From positions 252 to 64,251 of the forward strand of contig JAAYYE010000006.1 in assembly GCA_012515515.1 (NCBI GenBank): a stretch of 64,000 nt of DNA, given 5' to 3'. The stretch comes from Minisyncoccota bacterium. Its GTDB lineage: Bacteria > Patescibacteriota > Microgenomatia > UBA1400 > PJMF01. A program made the translations under genes and the position numbers. Below, one piece after another: positions 21,280 through 30,457 of the stretch; position 1 is the stretch's first letter; the number at the start of each line of letters is the position of its first letter. The notes beneath the pieces are model-generated. The model did not search any database and was not told the DNA's origin. It was given only the letters and a program-made list of their open reading frames with translations.

Positions 21280-21633
21280 ATGCCAAGAACAAGAACTGGT
21301 ACTGTTAGACATCGTCGCCATAAAAAAGTGTTAAAGTTAACCAAGGGTTTTCGCGGAGCTAATAGTCGTTTATACAAAAGAGCCAAAGAAGCCCTGCTTC
21401 ATTCTGGTCAATACGCTTATATTGGTCGTAAACTACGCAAACGAGACATGCGTAAGTTGTGGATTATGCGAATTAATGCTGGTTTACATCAAATCAATCA
21501 ACAATTTAATTATTCACGATTTATTAATAATCTAAAAAAAGCCAACATTGCTCTGAATCGTAAAGTCTTGAGCGAATTAGCTGTTAGCGACTTCGACACT
21601 TTCAAAGAAATTGTGCTTAAAGCACAACAATAA
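21280..21633 (+). CDS. rplT: 50S ribosomal protein L20
   Basis: MPRTRTGTVRHRRHKKVLKLTKGFRG N-terminus; 117 aa. Confidence 0.9.
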   Translation: MPRTRTGTVRHRRHKKVLKLTKGFRGANSRLYKRAKEALLHSGQYAYIGRKLRKRDMRKLWIMRINAGLHQINQQFNYSRFINNLKKANIALNRKVLSELAVSDFDTFKEIVLKAQQ

Positions 21634-21740
21634 TTATTGAAAAATTGGCATGAATTTATCAAGCCTAAACAAAAAACACCGCTTTACTCAAAAGTTTTTT
21701 AGCTTGAGAGTGGGGTAGTGATTTTACAATTTGGTAAAAA

Positions 21741-21765
21741 ACCCCGCTACAAAGCGGGGTTTTTA
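21741..21765 (+). terminator. Intrinsic terminator after rplT
   Basis: Stem CCCCGCT/AGCGGGG with loop ACAAA, followed by TTTTT. Confidence 0.6.
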
Positions 21766-21839
21766 GAATTAACAATAAGAGAAAAAACACAAAAAAACTG
21801 CTAAAATACTAAAAGAAAAGATTAGAAAGAAAATTAAAC

Positions 21840-22904
21840 ATGTCTGCTTACCAAAAATTAGTGACACAGGGTCAAGATTTGTTTGAGCAATTTCTCCAAG
21901 AAATCAATCAACAAAATGCTCAAGAATTAGCAGTTAAATATTTGGGTAAAAAGGGCTTATTTAATCAACTCGCTGCGCAAATTAAAATTTTAACAAAAGA
22001 AGAAAAAAAAGATTTCGGCAGAGAACTCAACCAATTAAAAAATAAACTCGAATCAAAACTGGCAGATTATCAAAAGCAAGATTTTGCAAGCCAAGTTCAT
22101 CAAGACTTGACTATGCCGGGCATTCAGACCAAGGTTGGTCACTTACATCCAGTCTCTCAAGCCATTGAAGAAATTAGCCGAATTTTTGAAAAAATTGGTT
22201 TTGTTCGAATGAGCTATCCAGAAGTGGATTGGGATTATTACGTATTTGCAGCTCTCAATATGCCGACTAATCATCCAGCCCGCGATGAATGGGAAACTTT
22301 TTTTGTCGATCAAAAAGCTCATCCAAGCTTGGGCAAAATGGTGCTCACCACCCACACTTCCAATGGTCAAGTCAGAGAAATGGAGCGAGTTAAAGGTCAA
22401 TTGCCAATTCGCATGATGAATATCAGTCGTTGCTATAGACGTCAAAGTGATAATACTCATACCCAAATGTTTCATCAGTTTGAGGGTTTAGTGATTGATA
22501 AAGACATCAATATTCAACATCTAAAAGGAACAATCGATTATTTTGCCAAAGAATTCTTTGGTCCAAAAACTAAAAGTCGCATTCGTCCATTTCATTTTAA
22601 ATTTACTGAGCCATCTTTTGAAGTCGATTTTAGCTGTCATATTTGCCGAGGCACCGGCTACATTAAAGATGAGCATCATCACAAAATAAATTGCCGTTTT
22701 TGTAAGTCTGGTTGGCATGAAGTGGGTGGGGCAGGCATGGTCCATCCCAATGTCTTAAAAGCGGGTGGCTTTGATAGTAATAAATATCGCGGTTTTGCTT
22801 TTGGTTGGGGAGTTGAGCGCAGTTACACCCTTAAACAAGATTTGAACATCGACGACATTCGCTTATTTTATTCAGGTAATCAAGAATTTTTAGAACAATT
22901 TTAA
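21840..22904 (+). CDS. pheS: Phenylalanine--tRNA ligase alpha subunit
   Basis: Class II aaRS motifs (FEGLVIDKDI, GWHEVGGAGMVHPNVL, FAFGWGVER); 354 aa. Confidence 0.9.
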   Translation: MSAYQKLVTQGQDLFEQFLQEINQQNAQELAVKYLGKKGLFNQLAAQIKILTKEEKKDFGRELNQLKNKLESKLADYQKQDFASQVHQDLTMPGIQTKVGHLHPVSQAIEEISRIFEKIGFVRMSYPEVDWDYYVFAALNMPTNHPARDEWETFFVDQKAHPSLGKMVLTTHTSNGQVREMERVKGQLPIRMMNISRCYRRQSDNTHTQMFHQFEGLVIDKDINIQHLKGTIDYFAKEFFGPKTKSRIRPFHFKFTEPSFEVDFSCHICRGTGYIKDEHHHKINCRFCKSGWHEVGGAGMVHPNVLKAGGFDSNKYRGFAFGWGVERSYTLKQDLNIDDIRLFYSGNQEFLEQF

Positions 22905-22931
22905 AAGAACAATGCAGATAACAAAGGATTC

Positions 22932-24989
22932 ATGAATATTTTAATACCACATAGCTGGCTAGGTGAATATTTGTCCAGTAAAGCGCGAGCTAAAGATATT
23001 CAAAAATACCTCTCTTTGAGTGGTCCTTCTGTCGAACGCTTAAACACTGTCAAACTAGCTAGTGGTAAAAAAGACTATGTTTACGATATTGAAGTTAGTA
23101 CTAATCGCGTTGACATGATGTCCATCGAGGGTATCGCCCGAGAAGCCACGACCATCTTAAATAGAGCTGGCTACACAGCGCGCATGATTAAAAAAAATTG
23201 GCCAGCCCTTAAACAACACCCCCAGCGTAACTTGGCTTTGCCAGAAATTATTTATGAAACTGAAGGTGTGAGAAGAGTGATGGCTGTTGTTTTAAGTGAT
23301 ATTAGCCAACAAAACAGTCCTCAATACATTCAAGATCGTTTACAAGCGGTGGCCATTAATGTGCACGACGCTGTCGTTGATATTAGCAATTATGTCACTC
23401 ATGAATTAGGTCATCCTTGCCATGTCTTTGATTACGACAAAATTATGCAAATGGGTGGCAAAATTATTATTAAAGAAGCTAAACCAGGAAAAAAATTCAT
23501 CACTTTGGATGAAGAAGTTCATCATACGGTAGGTGGAGAAATTGTTTTTGAAAATAGCGCTGGAGAAATTATTGATTTACCCGCGGTTAAAGGGACACTG
23601 AACACTGGTATCGATCAGAACACTAAAAACATACTATTTTGGATCGAATCACTAGATGCTCATAAGGTGAGATATGCTTCAATGGCTCAAGCGATTCGCA
23701 CCACAGCTGCCCAACTCAATGAAAAAAATGTTGATCCTTATTTAGCTGAAAAAGTGCTGCGCTATGCTGTTTATTTATTTGAAAAAATAGCTAAAGCTAA
23801 AGTTGCCAGTCCAGTTTATGATTATTTTCCAGATCAAAAATCCGGAAATAAAATTATAGTTAATAGTCAATTAATTAAAGATTATTTAGGCATCGATTTA
23901 CCCAAAAAAGAAATAACAGCGATTTTGAGAGATTTAGATTGCCAAGTAACACTTACTAAAGATAAGCAGGCAGATAAAGACAGGCAGGTAGATCAATTTG
24001 TCATTCTTGCGCCAACTTATCGAGCTGACTTAGAAATTCCCGCTGACATTATTGAAGAAATTGCTCGAATTTATGGTTATCATAATTTGCCCAGCCAATT
24101 AATGGCTGGCCAATTGCCCAGCGAGCATCCCCAGCAAAAGTTCTTTCAAGTCGAAAGTCGAATCAAAAACTTTTTAAGCCATTTGGCTTGGCAAGAAATA
24201 TATAGCTATTCATTAGTTAGTGATAAGGAAGCCTTAATGTCGGGTTACTCTTTGGCCAGCCATCTAAAATTGAGCAATCCGCTTAAAGAAGAAAATGTTT
24301 ATCTCCGTCGTTCAATTTTGCCTTCTCTAATTAGTATCATGCACAATAATCCGCAGAATCATGATTGGCAATTGTTTGAAATTGCTAGAACTTATCAGCC
24401 GCAAAAAAATGCCCTACCCAAACAAGATAGCTATTTAGCCATGCTCAGTAGGAGAAATTTCCGTCAAGTTAAAGGTGATCTGGAATTATTACTCAAGCAA
24501 TTTTTTATTTTAGAAAAAAAAGTTGTGGAGCTAGTTGTTGAAGAAATCATGACCAAAAATCATAGTATTTATCAGCAAAGTGCTAAATTAATTATTAAAA
24601 AACCCCAGGAGCGACTAGTGCTTGGTCATTTACATCTTTTTGAAGATGGCTTGGCTGGCATCGAAATTAAATTAAATAATTTATTAAAAGTTGTTAATTT
24701 TTATCCTCATTATCAGAAAAGTAATCAGTATGCGCAAATTATTGAACAGCTCACTTTCACCTTAAAAAAACCAGTCGCAGTTGGTGATTTTATCAACACC
24801 CTGATTAAAAGCCACAAGGATATTAAAGATTTTACTTTGGTCAATGTTTATCAAGATAATTATACTTTTGCTATTATTTATCAAGACAACAATAAAAATT
24901 TAAGCACAGAAGATGTTGAACCAATTCGCCAACAAGTGGTCAGTTTGGCAAAGAAAAAATTTCAAGCACAGTTGGTGGGAAAAATTTAA
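22932..24989 (+). CDS. pheT: Phenylalanine--tRNA ligase beta subunit (short form lacking the N-terminal OB/tRNA-binding domain)
   Basis: Lies immediately after pheS and has B3/B4 and B5 domain similarity. Length is 685 aa versus ~800 aa typical, and the N-terminus jumps directly into the B3/4 region. Confidence 0.8.
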   Translation: MNILIPHSWLGEYLSSKARAKDIQKYLSLSGPSVERLNTVKLASGKKDYVYDIEVSTNRVDMMSIEGIAREATTILNRAGYTARMIKKNWPALKQHPQRNLALPEIIYETEGVRRVMAVVLSDISQQNSPQYIQDRLQAVAINVHDAVVDISNYVTHELGHPCHVFDYDKIMQMGGKIIIKEAKPGKKFITLDEEVHHTVGGEIVFENSAGEIIDLPAVKGTLNTGIDQNTKNILFWIESLDAHKVRYASMAQAIRTTAAQLNEKNVDPYLAEKVLRYAVYLFEKIAKAKVASPVYDYFPDQKSGNKIIVNSQLIKDYLGIDLPKKEITAILRDLDCQVTLTKDKQADKDRQVDQFVILAPTYRADLEIPADIIEEIARIYGYHNLPSQLMAGQLPSEHPQQKFFQVESRIKNFLSHLAWQEIYSYSLVSDKEALMSGYSLASHLKLSNPLKEENVYLRRSILPSLISIMHNNPQNHDWQLFEIARTYQPQKNALPKQDSYLAMLSRRNFRQVKGDLELLLKQFFILEKKVVELVVEEIMTKNHSIYQQSAKLIIKKPQERLVLGHLHLFEDGLAGIEIKLNNLLKVVNFYPHYQKSNQYAQIIEQLTFTLKKPVAVGDFINTLIKSHKDIKDFTLVNVYQDNYTFAIIYQDNNKNLSTEDVEPIRQQVVSLAKKKFQAQLVGKI

Positions 24990-26202
24990 ACAACTGTTAT
25001 TATTTTTTACTGTCTTCAGTTTAAGCAGTAATTTATTTTTTAAATTTGCTATTGATCAAGCCTACCTCAAAGGCTTGTTAGTTGATTATTTAATCCCCAA
25101 AATATATTTGTTTGATTGTTTACTAATTGTTAATTTATTAATTTTTTTATTTAACAAAAAAAACTGGCTAAAACTAAAAAAAATTAAAATAAAATTAAAA
25201 AAAATTGATCAGCTAATTTTATTCTTGTTGGCTATATTTTTGATCAGACAATTCCTGCACATCAATTTAGCTGTCATTATTTATTTATTGCGCTTAGTGC
25301 TGATAATTATTTTTATGATCACTATTTATCTGGATCAAGAAAAGCAATTAATTGTGAGAAAAGCTTTATTGTGCTCGATACTCTGGCTAAGTTTTCTGGC
25401 TTATTATCAATTTTTTATGCAGCGATCTTTGGCTCCCTATCAATTTTTTGGCGAGCCAAACTTAGGCCATTTTGCTCTCATTAGTCGCGCTCAATTTTTC
25501 AATCAAGAAAAAATTTTACCCTATGCTAGCACTGCTCATCCCAACATTTTAGCTGGAATAATCAGTCTTTTTACCATGATCATCCTTGATAATAAAAATA
25601 AAAAACCACTAATTTCCAGCCTGTTGCTGCTGAATGCTTTAGTAATTATTTTCTTAACTCAATCTTTATCAGCTTTTCTTACTTTTTGTTTATTTTTAAT
25701 TTATTCATTCATTAAGCAGCGTGCCACAAATAAGCAAATAAGTGCTTGCTTAAAATTTTTTAATCTTTCTTTAATTGCATTATTCATTTTTACTCCACTG
25801 ATCATTAAACAATTGCAGCTCAATTTAGCTAAAGAATATCCGTCAATTTTACGACGAGCGACGCTTAACACTGCTGCTTGGGCCATGTTTAGCAATCAAA
25901 CAATTTTTGGTGTAGGACTTAACAATTACGTCAAAGAAGTCGAAAATTATAGTCAAAATCAAGAAATTGTGCGCTTTATTCAGCCAGTGCATCACGGGGG
26001 ATTATTATTGCTCAGCGAAGGGGGACTTATTGCTCTTGCTATCTTACTGTTGTTGGCTTGGAAATTTAGAACGCAAATTGCTTGGTCAAAATTATTAATT
26101 CTCAGCCCAATTTTTGCCTTGGATCATTATCTAATTACACAAGCAGTCGGGCTAACCAGCTGGCTGCTAATTATTACCATCAGCTGGAGGAGTCGGCGTT
26201 AA
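24913..26202 (+). CDS. Polytopic membrane protein, possible O-antigen ligase/polymerase (Wzy_C-like) family
   Basis: About 10-12 TM helices with a large loop. The first in-frame ATG overlaps pheT by 77 nt, so the true start is probably downstream or non-ATG. Confidence 0.35.
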   Translation: MLNQFANKWSVWQRKNFKHSWWEKFKQLLLFFTVFSLSSNLFFKFAIDQAYLKGLLVDYLIPKIYLFDCLLIVNLLIFLFNKKNWLKLKKIKIKLKKIDQLILFLLAIFLIRQFLHINLAVIIYLLRLVLIIIFMITIYLDQEKQLIVRKALLCSILWLSFLAYYQFFMQRSLAPYQFFGEPNLGHFALISRAQFFNQEKILPYASTAHPNILAGIISLFTMIILDNKNKKPLISSLLLLNALVIIFLTQSLSAFLTFCLFLIYSFIKQRATNKQISACLKFFNLSLIALFIFTPLIIKQLQLNLAKEYPSILRRATLNTAAWAMFSNQTIFGVGLNNYVKEVENYSQNQEIVRFIQPVHHGGLLLLSEGGLIALAILLLLAWKFRTQIAWSKLLILSPIFALDHYLITQAVGLTSWLLIITISWRSRR

Positions 26203-29064
26203 TCCTGTGGGCGCTGCAGTCGGCTCTGGTGCTTTACTTGGTTTTGGAGTGGGACTGGGCTGTGGAGTTGGAGTTGGTTCAACATAATCCCAAGCAATAC
26301 CGCCAACACCGATTCTAACTTTGCTACTGGTCTTTATTTCATTATTTTTTGCATAGGCCTTAGCATAAAGCTCATATTTACCAGGCGCTAAATTAATTTT
26401 GCCTCGATATTCACTTTTGCCCTCGATGGTTTCCAAGAGCTTGTCATTGACATAAAGCTCTAATTTTTTGACACCATCATTACTCCCTGCACGAATTTCG
26501 ATCTCAACTTCTCGATCTTTAAAATTTTGTTTATCATCAGGCTTTCTTAATCTAACGCTCACATCTTCGAAATCACCACAATATTCAGTGGGGAAGTGAT
26601 AGCGCGAATCATCTTGACTAGCAATCCAAGCATCAATGCCGATCTGCCAACGATTTTGCCCATCCTCACTAAAGGGGTCGTATTCTTTAGCATAAATGAA
26701 TTCTCGTTTATCATAATTACCAGCAGCAATTTTCGCTTCAGTAGCTAATTTATCATTTTCCCCTTTACAAACTTTTTCTAAACGATGAATATGATCTGGA
26801 GAAGTAGCTAGCGTTCCCTTGATCACATAATCAGATTTACTGGGAAAATCATCATGCTTTGGAAAACCAGAAATTGCGTCAAGCTCAACTAATTCAACAG
26901 AGTCTGGCACTTCCCATTCGGGAGCCAAATAACCCATGTCCAGCGAGCCTAAAATAATGCGACGCCAAATTGGTGAAGCTCCAGTAATACCTGAAGCTAC
27001 ATAACTCATTGAGGTATTGTCATTATTGCCCACCCAGGTTGCCACTAAAACATCGCTGCTCCAACCAATTGTCCAGTTGTCTTTCATATCGTTGGTAGTT
27101 CCAGTTTTCACAGCAATTGGTCGGCCAGTATTTAAGAGAGAATTAGCACCAAAGGCTAAGAGGCGAGCATTATTATCTGAGAGTATATGATTAATTAAAA
27201 ATGCTTCACCTTCTTCAATGATTTTTTTACCTTGAGTTTTTTTATACTCATATAAAACTTTTCCTTCATTATCTTCAACTTTCAAAATTGCCACTGGCTC
27301 AATTTTCCGACCACCATTGGCAAAAATACTGTAAGCACTACCCAAATCAAGCATGTAGACTTCACCGCCTCCAAGAGTCAAAGCTAAACCAAAACGTTGT
27401 AAATTTGCTTGACTCGGTTCAAAAGTTTTCAAACCCATATCGTAAGCTAAAGTTAAAAATTCTTCTAAACCAACAGTAGCAAGTGATTTAACCGCTGGAA
27501 TATTTAAGGAGCTACCCAAGGACTGGCGCAAGTTCACAGGCCCACGAAACACGCCATCATAATTTTTTGGTGTATAGGGCTTTTCATCTTCATTGCGTAT
27601 AAAAGTAGTTTGCACATCCATAATCATGTGGGCAGGACTAAAACCACGCCTAATCATGCCCAGATAAGTAATTGGCTTAATTGCTGATCCAGGCTGTCTC
27701 AAACCGTTTGTTACCACATTAAATTGACCACCAATCTCATCATCAAAATAATCTTTACTACCGACCATCGCTAAAATTTCTCCAGACTGAGGATTAAGAG
27801 CTAAAGCTGCTCCATTGCTAATTTCATATTTATTAACTGCCTCAACTTCTTCAGTCACCACCGTTTGAGCTAGTTCTTGTAATTCCCAATCGAGCGTTGT
27901 GGTAACTTTAATGCCACCTTTTAATAATAATTCTTCGCCAAAAAGCTCTTCAAGTTGTCTTTGCACATAAAAAACAAAATGTGGTGCCTTTATCTCACTA
28001 ATTGCTCGATCAAAAGTTAAATTATCTAATTCACTTAATGCCTGTTGATGATCTTCTTTAGAAATGTAGTCATTGTCTTTCATTGCATTAAGCACGGCTG
28101 TGGTACGCATTTTCCAGAAAGGATTACCATTGCTATCCAAATGTGAAGAATATGGGGAATAAATACTGGGTCGCTGAGGCAAACCAGCTAAAAAGGCACT
28201 TTCGACAATGCTTAATTCGCTCATTGGTTTATTAAAATAAGCCTCGACAGCCGTGACCACCCCCCAAATATTACCACCATAAGGTGCCTCGTTGAGGTAC
28301 ATGGTTAAAATTTCATCTTTACTAAATTTTCGTTCAATTTGGATTGATAAAACCAATTCTTTAAACTTACGAACAATGGTACGTTCATTTGTTAATAAGG
28401 CATTTTTTACCAATTGTTGGGTAAGAGTAGAACCACCCACCACTCGTCCTCTAAAAATAAAATTGTAAGGAATACGCAAAATGGTTAAAAAATCAAAGCC
28501 ACTGTGTTTATAAAAATCGCGATCTTCAATGGCAATGGTGGCATTTTTTAGCACCTCGGGAATGTCTTCAATACGACTCGGCTGACGTCGTTCTTCTTTA
28601 AACAAATCATATAAAAGTTGACCATCACGATCGAGAATTTTACTACTATAACCCTCTCTTCTAATGACCTCTCCTGGCTTTGGCAAGTCTTTAGAGAACC
28701 AAATAAACATGACAAAAAAAGCAATTATCCCTAAAACAACCAGCGCGCAAAAGGCAATGGCTAAAATTCGCCAAGTTTTGATTTTTCTTAATTTCTTTTC
28801 GCTCGGACTTAATTGTTTACGACTTAAGCGTCTTCTTTTTGGCATAATTAAATATAAAAAACTTTCCCAATAAATTGTTAATTTTGTTTTGATGCGTCTT
28901 AGTAACCACTGTAAGCGACGCCACCAAGAAATTTGCCTTTGAGGAGCTGCTACCCTGTGTTCCTCAGGTACTTGATGTTCACCATGCTCCTCATCTTCTT
29001 CGCCGCGTATTATTTGCTCAGGCAATTCTTCGCTTGATGGTGTTTGCTCAGGCAGATCATCCAT
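26167..29064 (-). CDS. Class A penicillin-binding protein (bifunctional glycosyltransferase/transpeptidase, PBP1A-type) with a Pro/Thr-rich C-terminal tail
   Basis: N-terminal cytoplasmic tail and TM; GT51 motifs (IAIEDRDFYKHSGFD, GGSTLTQQ); transpeptidase SxxK (GSAIKP) and KTGT; C-terminal PTPTPQPSPTPKPSKAPEPT tail. Confidence 0.9.
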   Translation of the reverse strand: MDDLPEQTPSSEELPEQIIRGEEDEEHGEHQVPEEHRVAAPQRQISWWRRLQWLLRRIKTKLTIYWESFLYLIMPKRRRLSRKQLSPSEKKLRKIKTWRILAIAFCALVVLGIIAFFVMFIWFSKDLPKPGEVIRREGYSSKILDRDGQLLYDLFKEERRQPSRIEDIPEVLKNATIAIEDRDFYKHSGFDFLTILRIPYNFIFRGRVVGGSTLTQQLVKNALLTNERTIVRKFKELVLSIQIERKFSKDEILTMYLNEAPYGGNIWGVVTAVEAYFNKPMSELSIVESAFLAGLPQRPSIYSPYSSHLDSNGNPFWKMRTTAVLNAMKDNDYISKEDHQQALSELDNLTFDRAISEIKAPHFVFYVQRQLEELFGEELLLKGGIKVTTTLDWELQELAQTVVTEEVEAVNKYEISNGAALALNPQSGEILAMVGSKDYFDDEIGGQFNVVTNGLRQPGSAIKPITYLGMIRRGFSPAHMIMDVQTTFIRNEDEKPYTPKNYDGVFRGPVNLRQSLGSSLNIPAVKSLATVGLEEFLTLAYDMGLKTFEPSQANLQRFGLALTLGGGEVYMLDLGSAYSIFANGGRKIEPVAILKVEDNEGKVLYEYKKTQGKKIIEEGEAFLINHILSDNNARLLAFGANSLLNTGRPIAVKTGTTNDMKDNWTIGWSSDVLVATWVGNNDNTSMSYVASGITGASPIWRRIILGSLDMGYLAPEWEVPDSVELVELDAISGFPKHDDFPSKSDYVIKGTLATSPDHIHRLEKVCKGENDKLATEAKIAAGNYDKREFIYAKEYDPFSEDGQNRWQIGIDAWIASQDDSRYHFPTEYCGDFEDVSVRLRKPDDKQNFKDREVEIEIRAGSNDGVKKLELYVNDKLLETIEGKSEYRGKINLAPGKYELYAKAYAKNNEIKTSSKVRIGVGGIAWDYVEPTPTPQPSPTPKPSKAPEPTAAPTGLTPTPPADGNN

Positions 29065-29094
29065 GTCGCCATTCTATCAAACTTATCCACATGC

Positions 29095-29100
29095 TACAAT
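29095..29100 (+). promoter_or_regulatory. Possible extended -10 element (TGcTACAAT) for tyrS in the divergent PBP/tyrS intergenic region
   Basis: TG at 29092-29093 plus TACAAT at 29095-29100, 12 nt upstream of the tyrS ATG. Confidence 0.3.
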
Positions 29101-29111
29101 AAAACGATTTT

Positions 29112-30326
29112 ATGTCAAATAAATTAAATACCAATCTAGAAGAAATTAATAAAGTGCTTGAGCGCGGTGTTGAGCAAATCTTGCCCAAGAAAGAGACTTT
29201 AGCCAAACTGATGAGTGAAAGAGTCATCACGCTCTATCTTGGCATTGATCCGACCGGCCATCAATTGCATCTGGGGCACAGCGTCCCTTTGCGCAAGTTA
29301 CAGGACTTTGCCGAACTTGGTCATCGCGTCATTCTCCTAGTGGGCAATGGCACGGTCAAAATTGGCGATCCTACCGGTCACGATCAAAGCCGACCAATGT
29401 TAAGCGATGAGGAAATCAAGGCTAATTTTGCCAATTGGCAAAGACAGGCAAGTAAAATTTTAGATTTTTCGCTAATCGAAATTCGGCATAATGCTGATTG
29501 GCTCGATCGCCTAACTTACAGCGATTTATTAAAATTAATGGCAAAAGCCACCGTCCAACAATTATTAGAACGAGACATGTTTCAAAATCGCTTAAAGAAA
29601 AATTTACCAATCTATGCCCACGAAATAATCTACCCCTTACTACAGGGTTATGATTCGGTGGTCATGGATGTCGATTTAGAAATTGGTGGCAGAGATCAAA
29701 CTTTTAACATGTTAATGGGTCGGCAGTTGCAAAATGTTTATCAGCAAAAAGAAAAATGGGTGCTCAGCACACCGCTGATTGAGGGCACTGATGGTAGAAA
29801 AATGGGCAAGTCTTTCAATAATTATATTGCTCTCGATGATAGCCCCGTAGATATTTATGGCAAAATTATGAGCATTAGCGATGACTTAATTATTAAATAT
29901 TTTGAAGTTTTAACCAGAGTCGATATGCTGCAAATTCAAGAAATGAAGCAAGCCCTTGATCGTGGAGAAAACCCCATGTTATTTAAAAAAGAATTAGCCA
30001 GGCAAATTACTGCCGATTTATATGATCAAGAAGCTAGTCTTAAAGCTAGTGAACATTTTCAAGCCATTGTGCAAAATAAAGCGACGCCTGATCTTGAAGA
30101 ATTTACTGAATTAATTATAGAAATTAATGAAAAAAACGGCCAGCTATCTTCCTCAAATAACATCTTTAGCAATAGTGAATTAGGACGCTTGTTAGAGCAG
30201 GGGGCAGTCAAATTATTACCTGAACAAAAAACTATTAATTCTTGGCAAGAATTACTTGCCTTGGCTAATGATAGTCAATTAAAAATTGGCAAACATCGTT
30301 TTTATCAATTAAAAATCAAAAGATAA
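29112..30326 (+). CDS. tyrS: Tyrosine--tRNA ligase
   Basis: Class I HIGH motif (HLGH) and KMSKS-type motif (KMGKS); 404 aa with a C-terminal S4-like region. Confidence 0.85.
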   Translation: MSNKLNTNLEEINKVLERGVEQILPKKETLAKLMSERVITLYLGIDPTGHQLHLGHSVPLRKLQDFAELGHRVILLVGNGTVKIGDPTGHDQSRPMLSDEEIKANFANWQRQASKILDFSLIEIRHNADWLDRLTYSDLLKLMAKATVQQLLERDMFQNRLKKNLPIYAHEIIYPLLQGYDSVVMDVDLEIGGRDQTFNMLMGRQLQNVYQQKEKWVLSTPLIEGTDGRKMGKSFNNYIALDDSPVDIYGKIMSISDDLIIKYFEVLTRVDMLQIQEMKQALDRGENPMLFKKELARQITADLYDQEASLKASEHFQAIVQNKATPDLEEFTELIIEINEKNGQLSSSNNIFSNSELGRLLEQGAVKLLPEQKTINSWQELLALANDSQLKIGKHRFYQLKIKR

Positions 30327-30457
30327 ACTATGTCATTGAGTCGAAAAAAAAGAGCAAAAATTGTCCGTTTTTTTGTAATTTTTGGAACTGCAATTATCAT
30401 TTTTAGTAGTCTTGCTAGCCTGCTTTTTGTCTTTTTCTAAAAACCAACTTTGTCTTT

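Noticed and set aside
21634-21839. Possible T-box riboswitch leader upstream of pheS
   Set aside because: No T-box consensus (AATTAGGGTGGNACCGCG) is present. The GGGGTAGTG segment does not match, and the only strong hairpin is the rplT terminator.
29083-29091. Perfect DnaA-box 9-mer TTATCCACA in the PBP/tyrS divergent intergenic region; considered as an oriC indicator
   Set aside because: It is a single isolated box in a 47-bp intergenic spacer with no AT-rich unwinding element. There are no additional boxes and no dnaA/dnaN nearby. One chance occurrence of a 9-mer in 64 kb on two strands is not unexpected.
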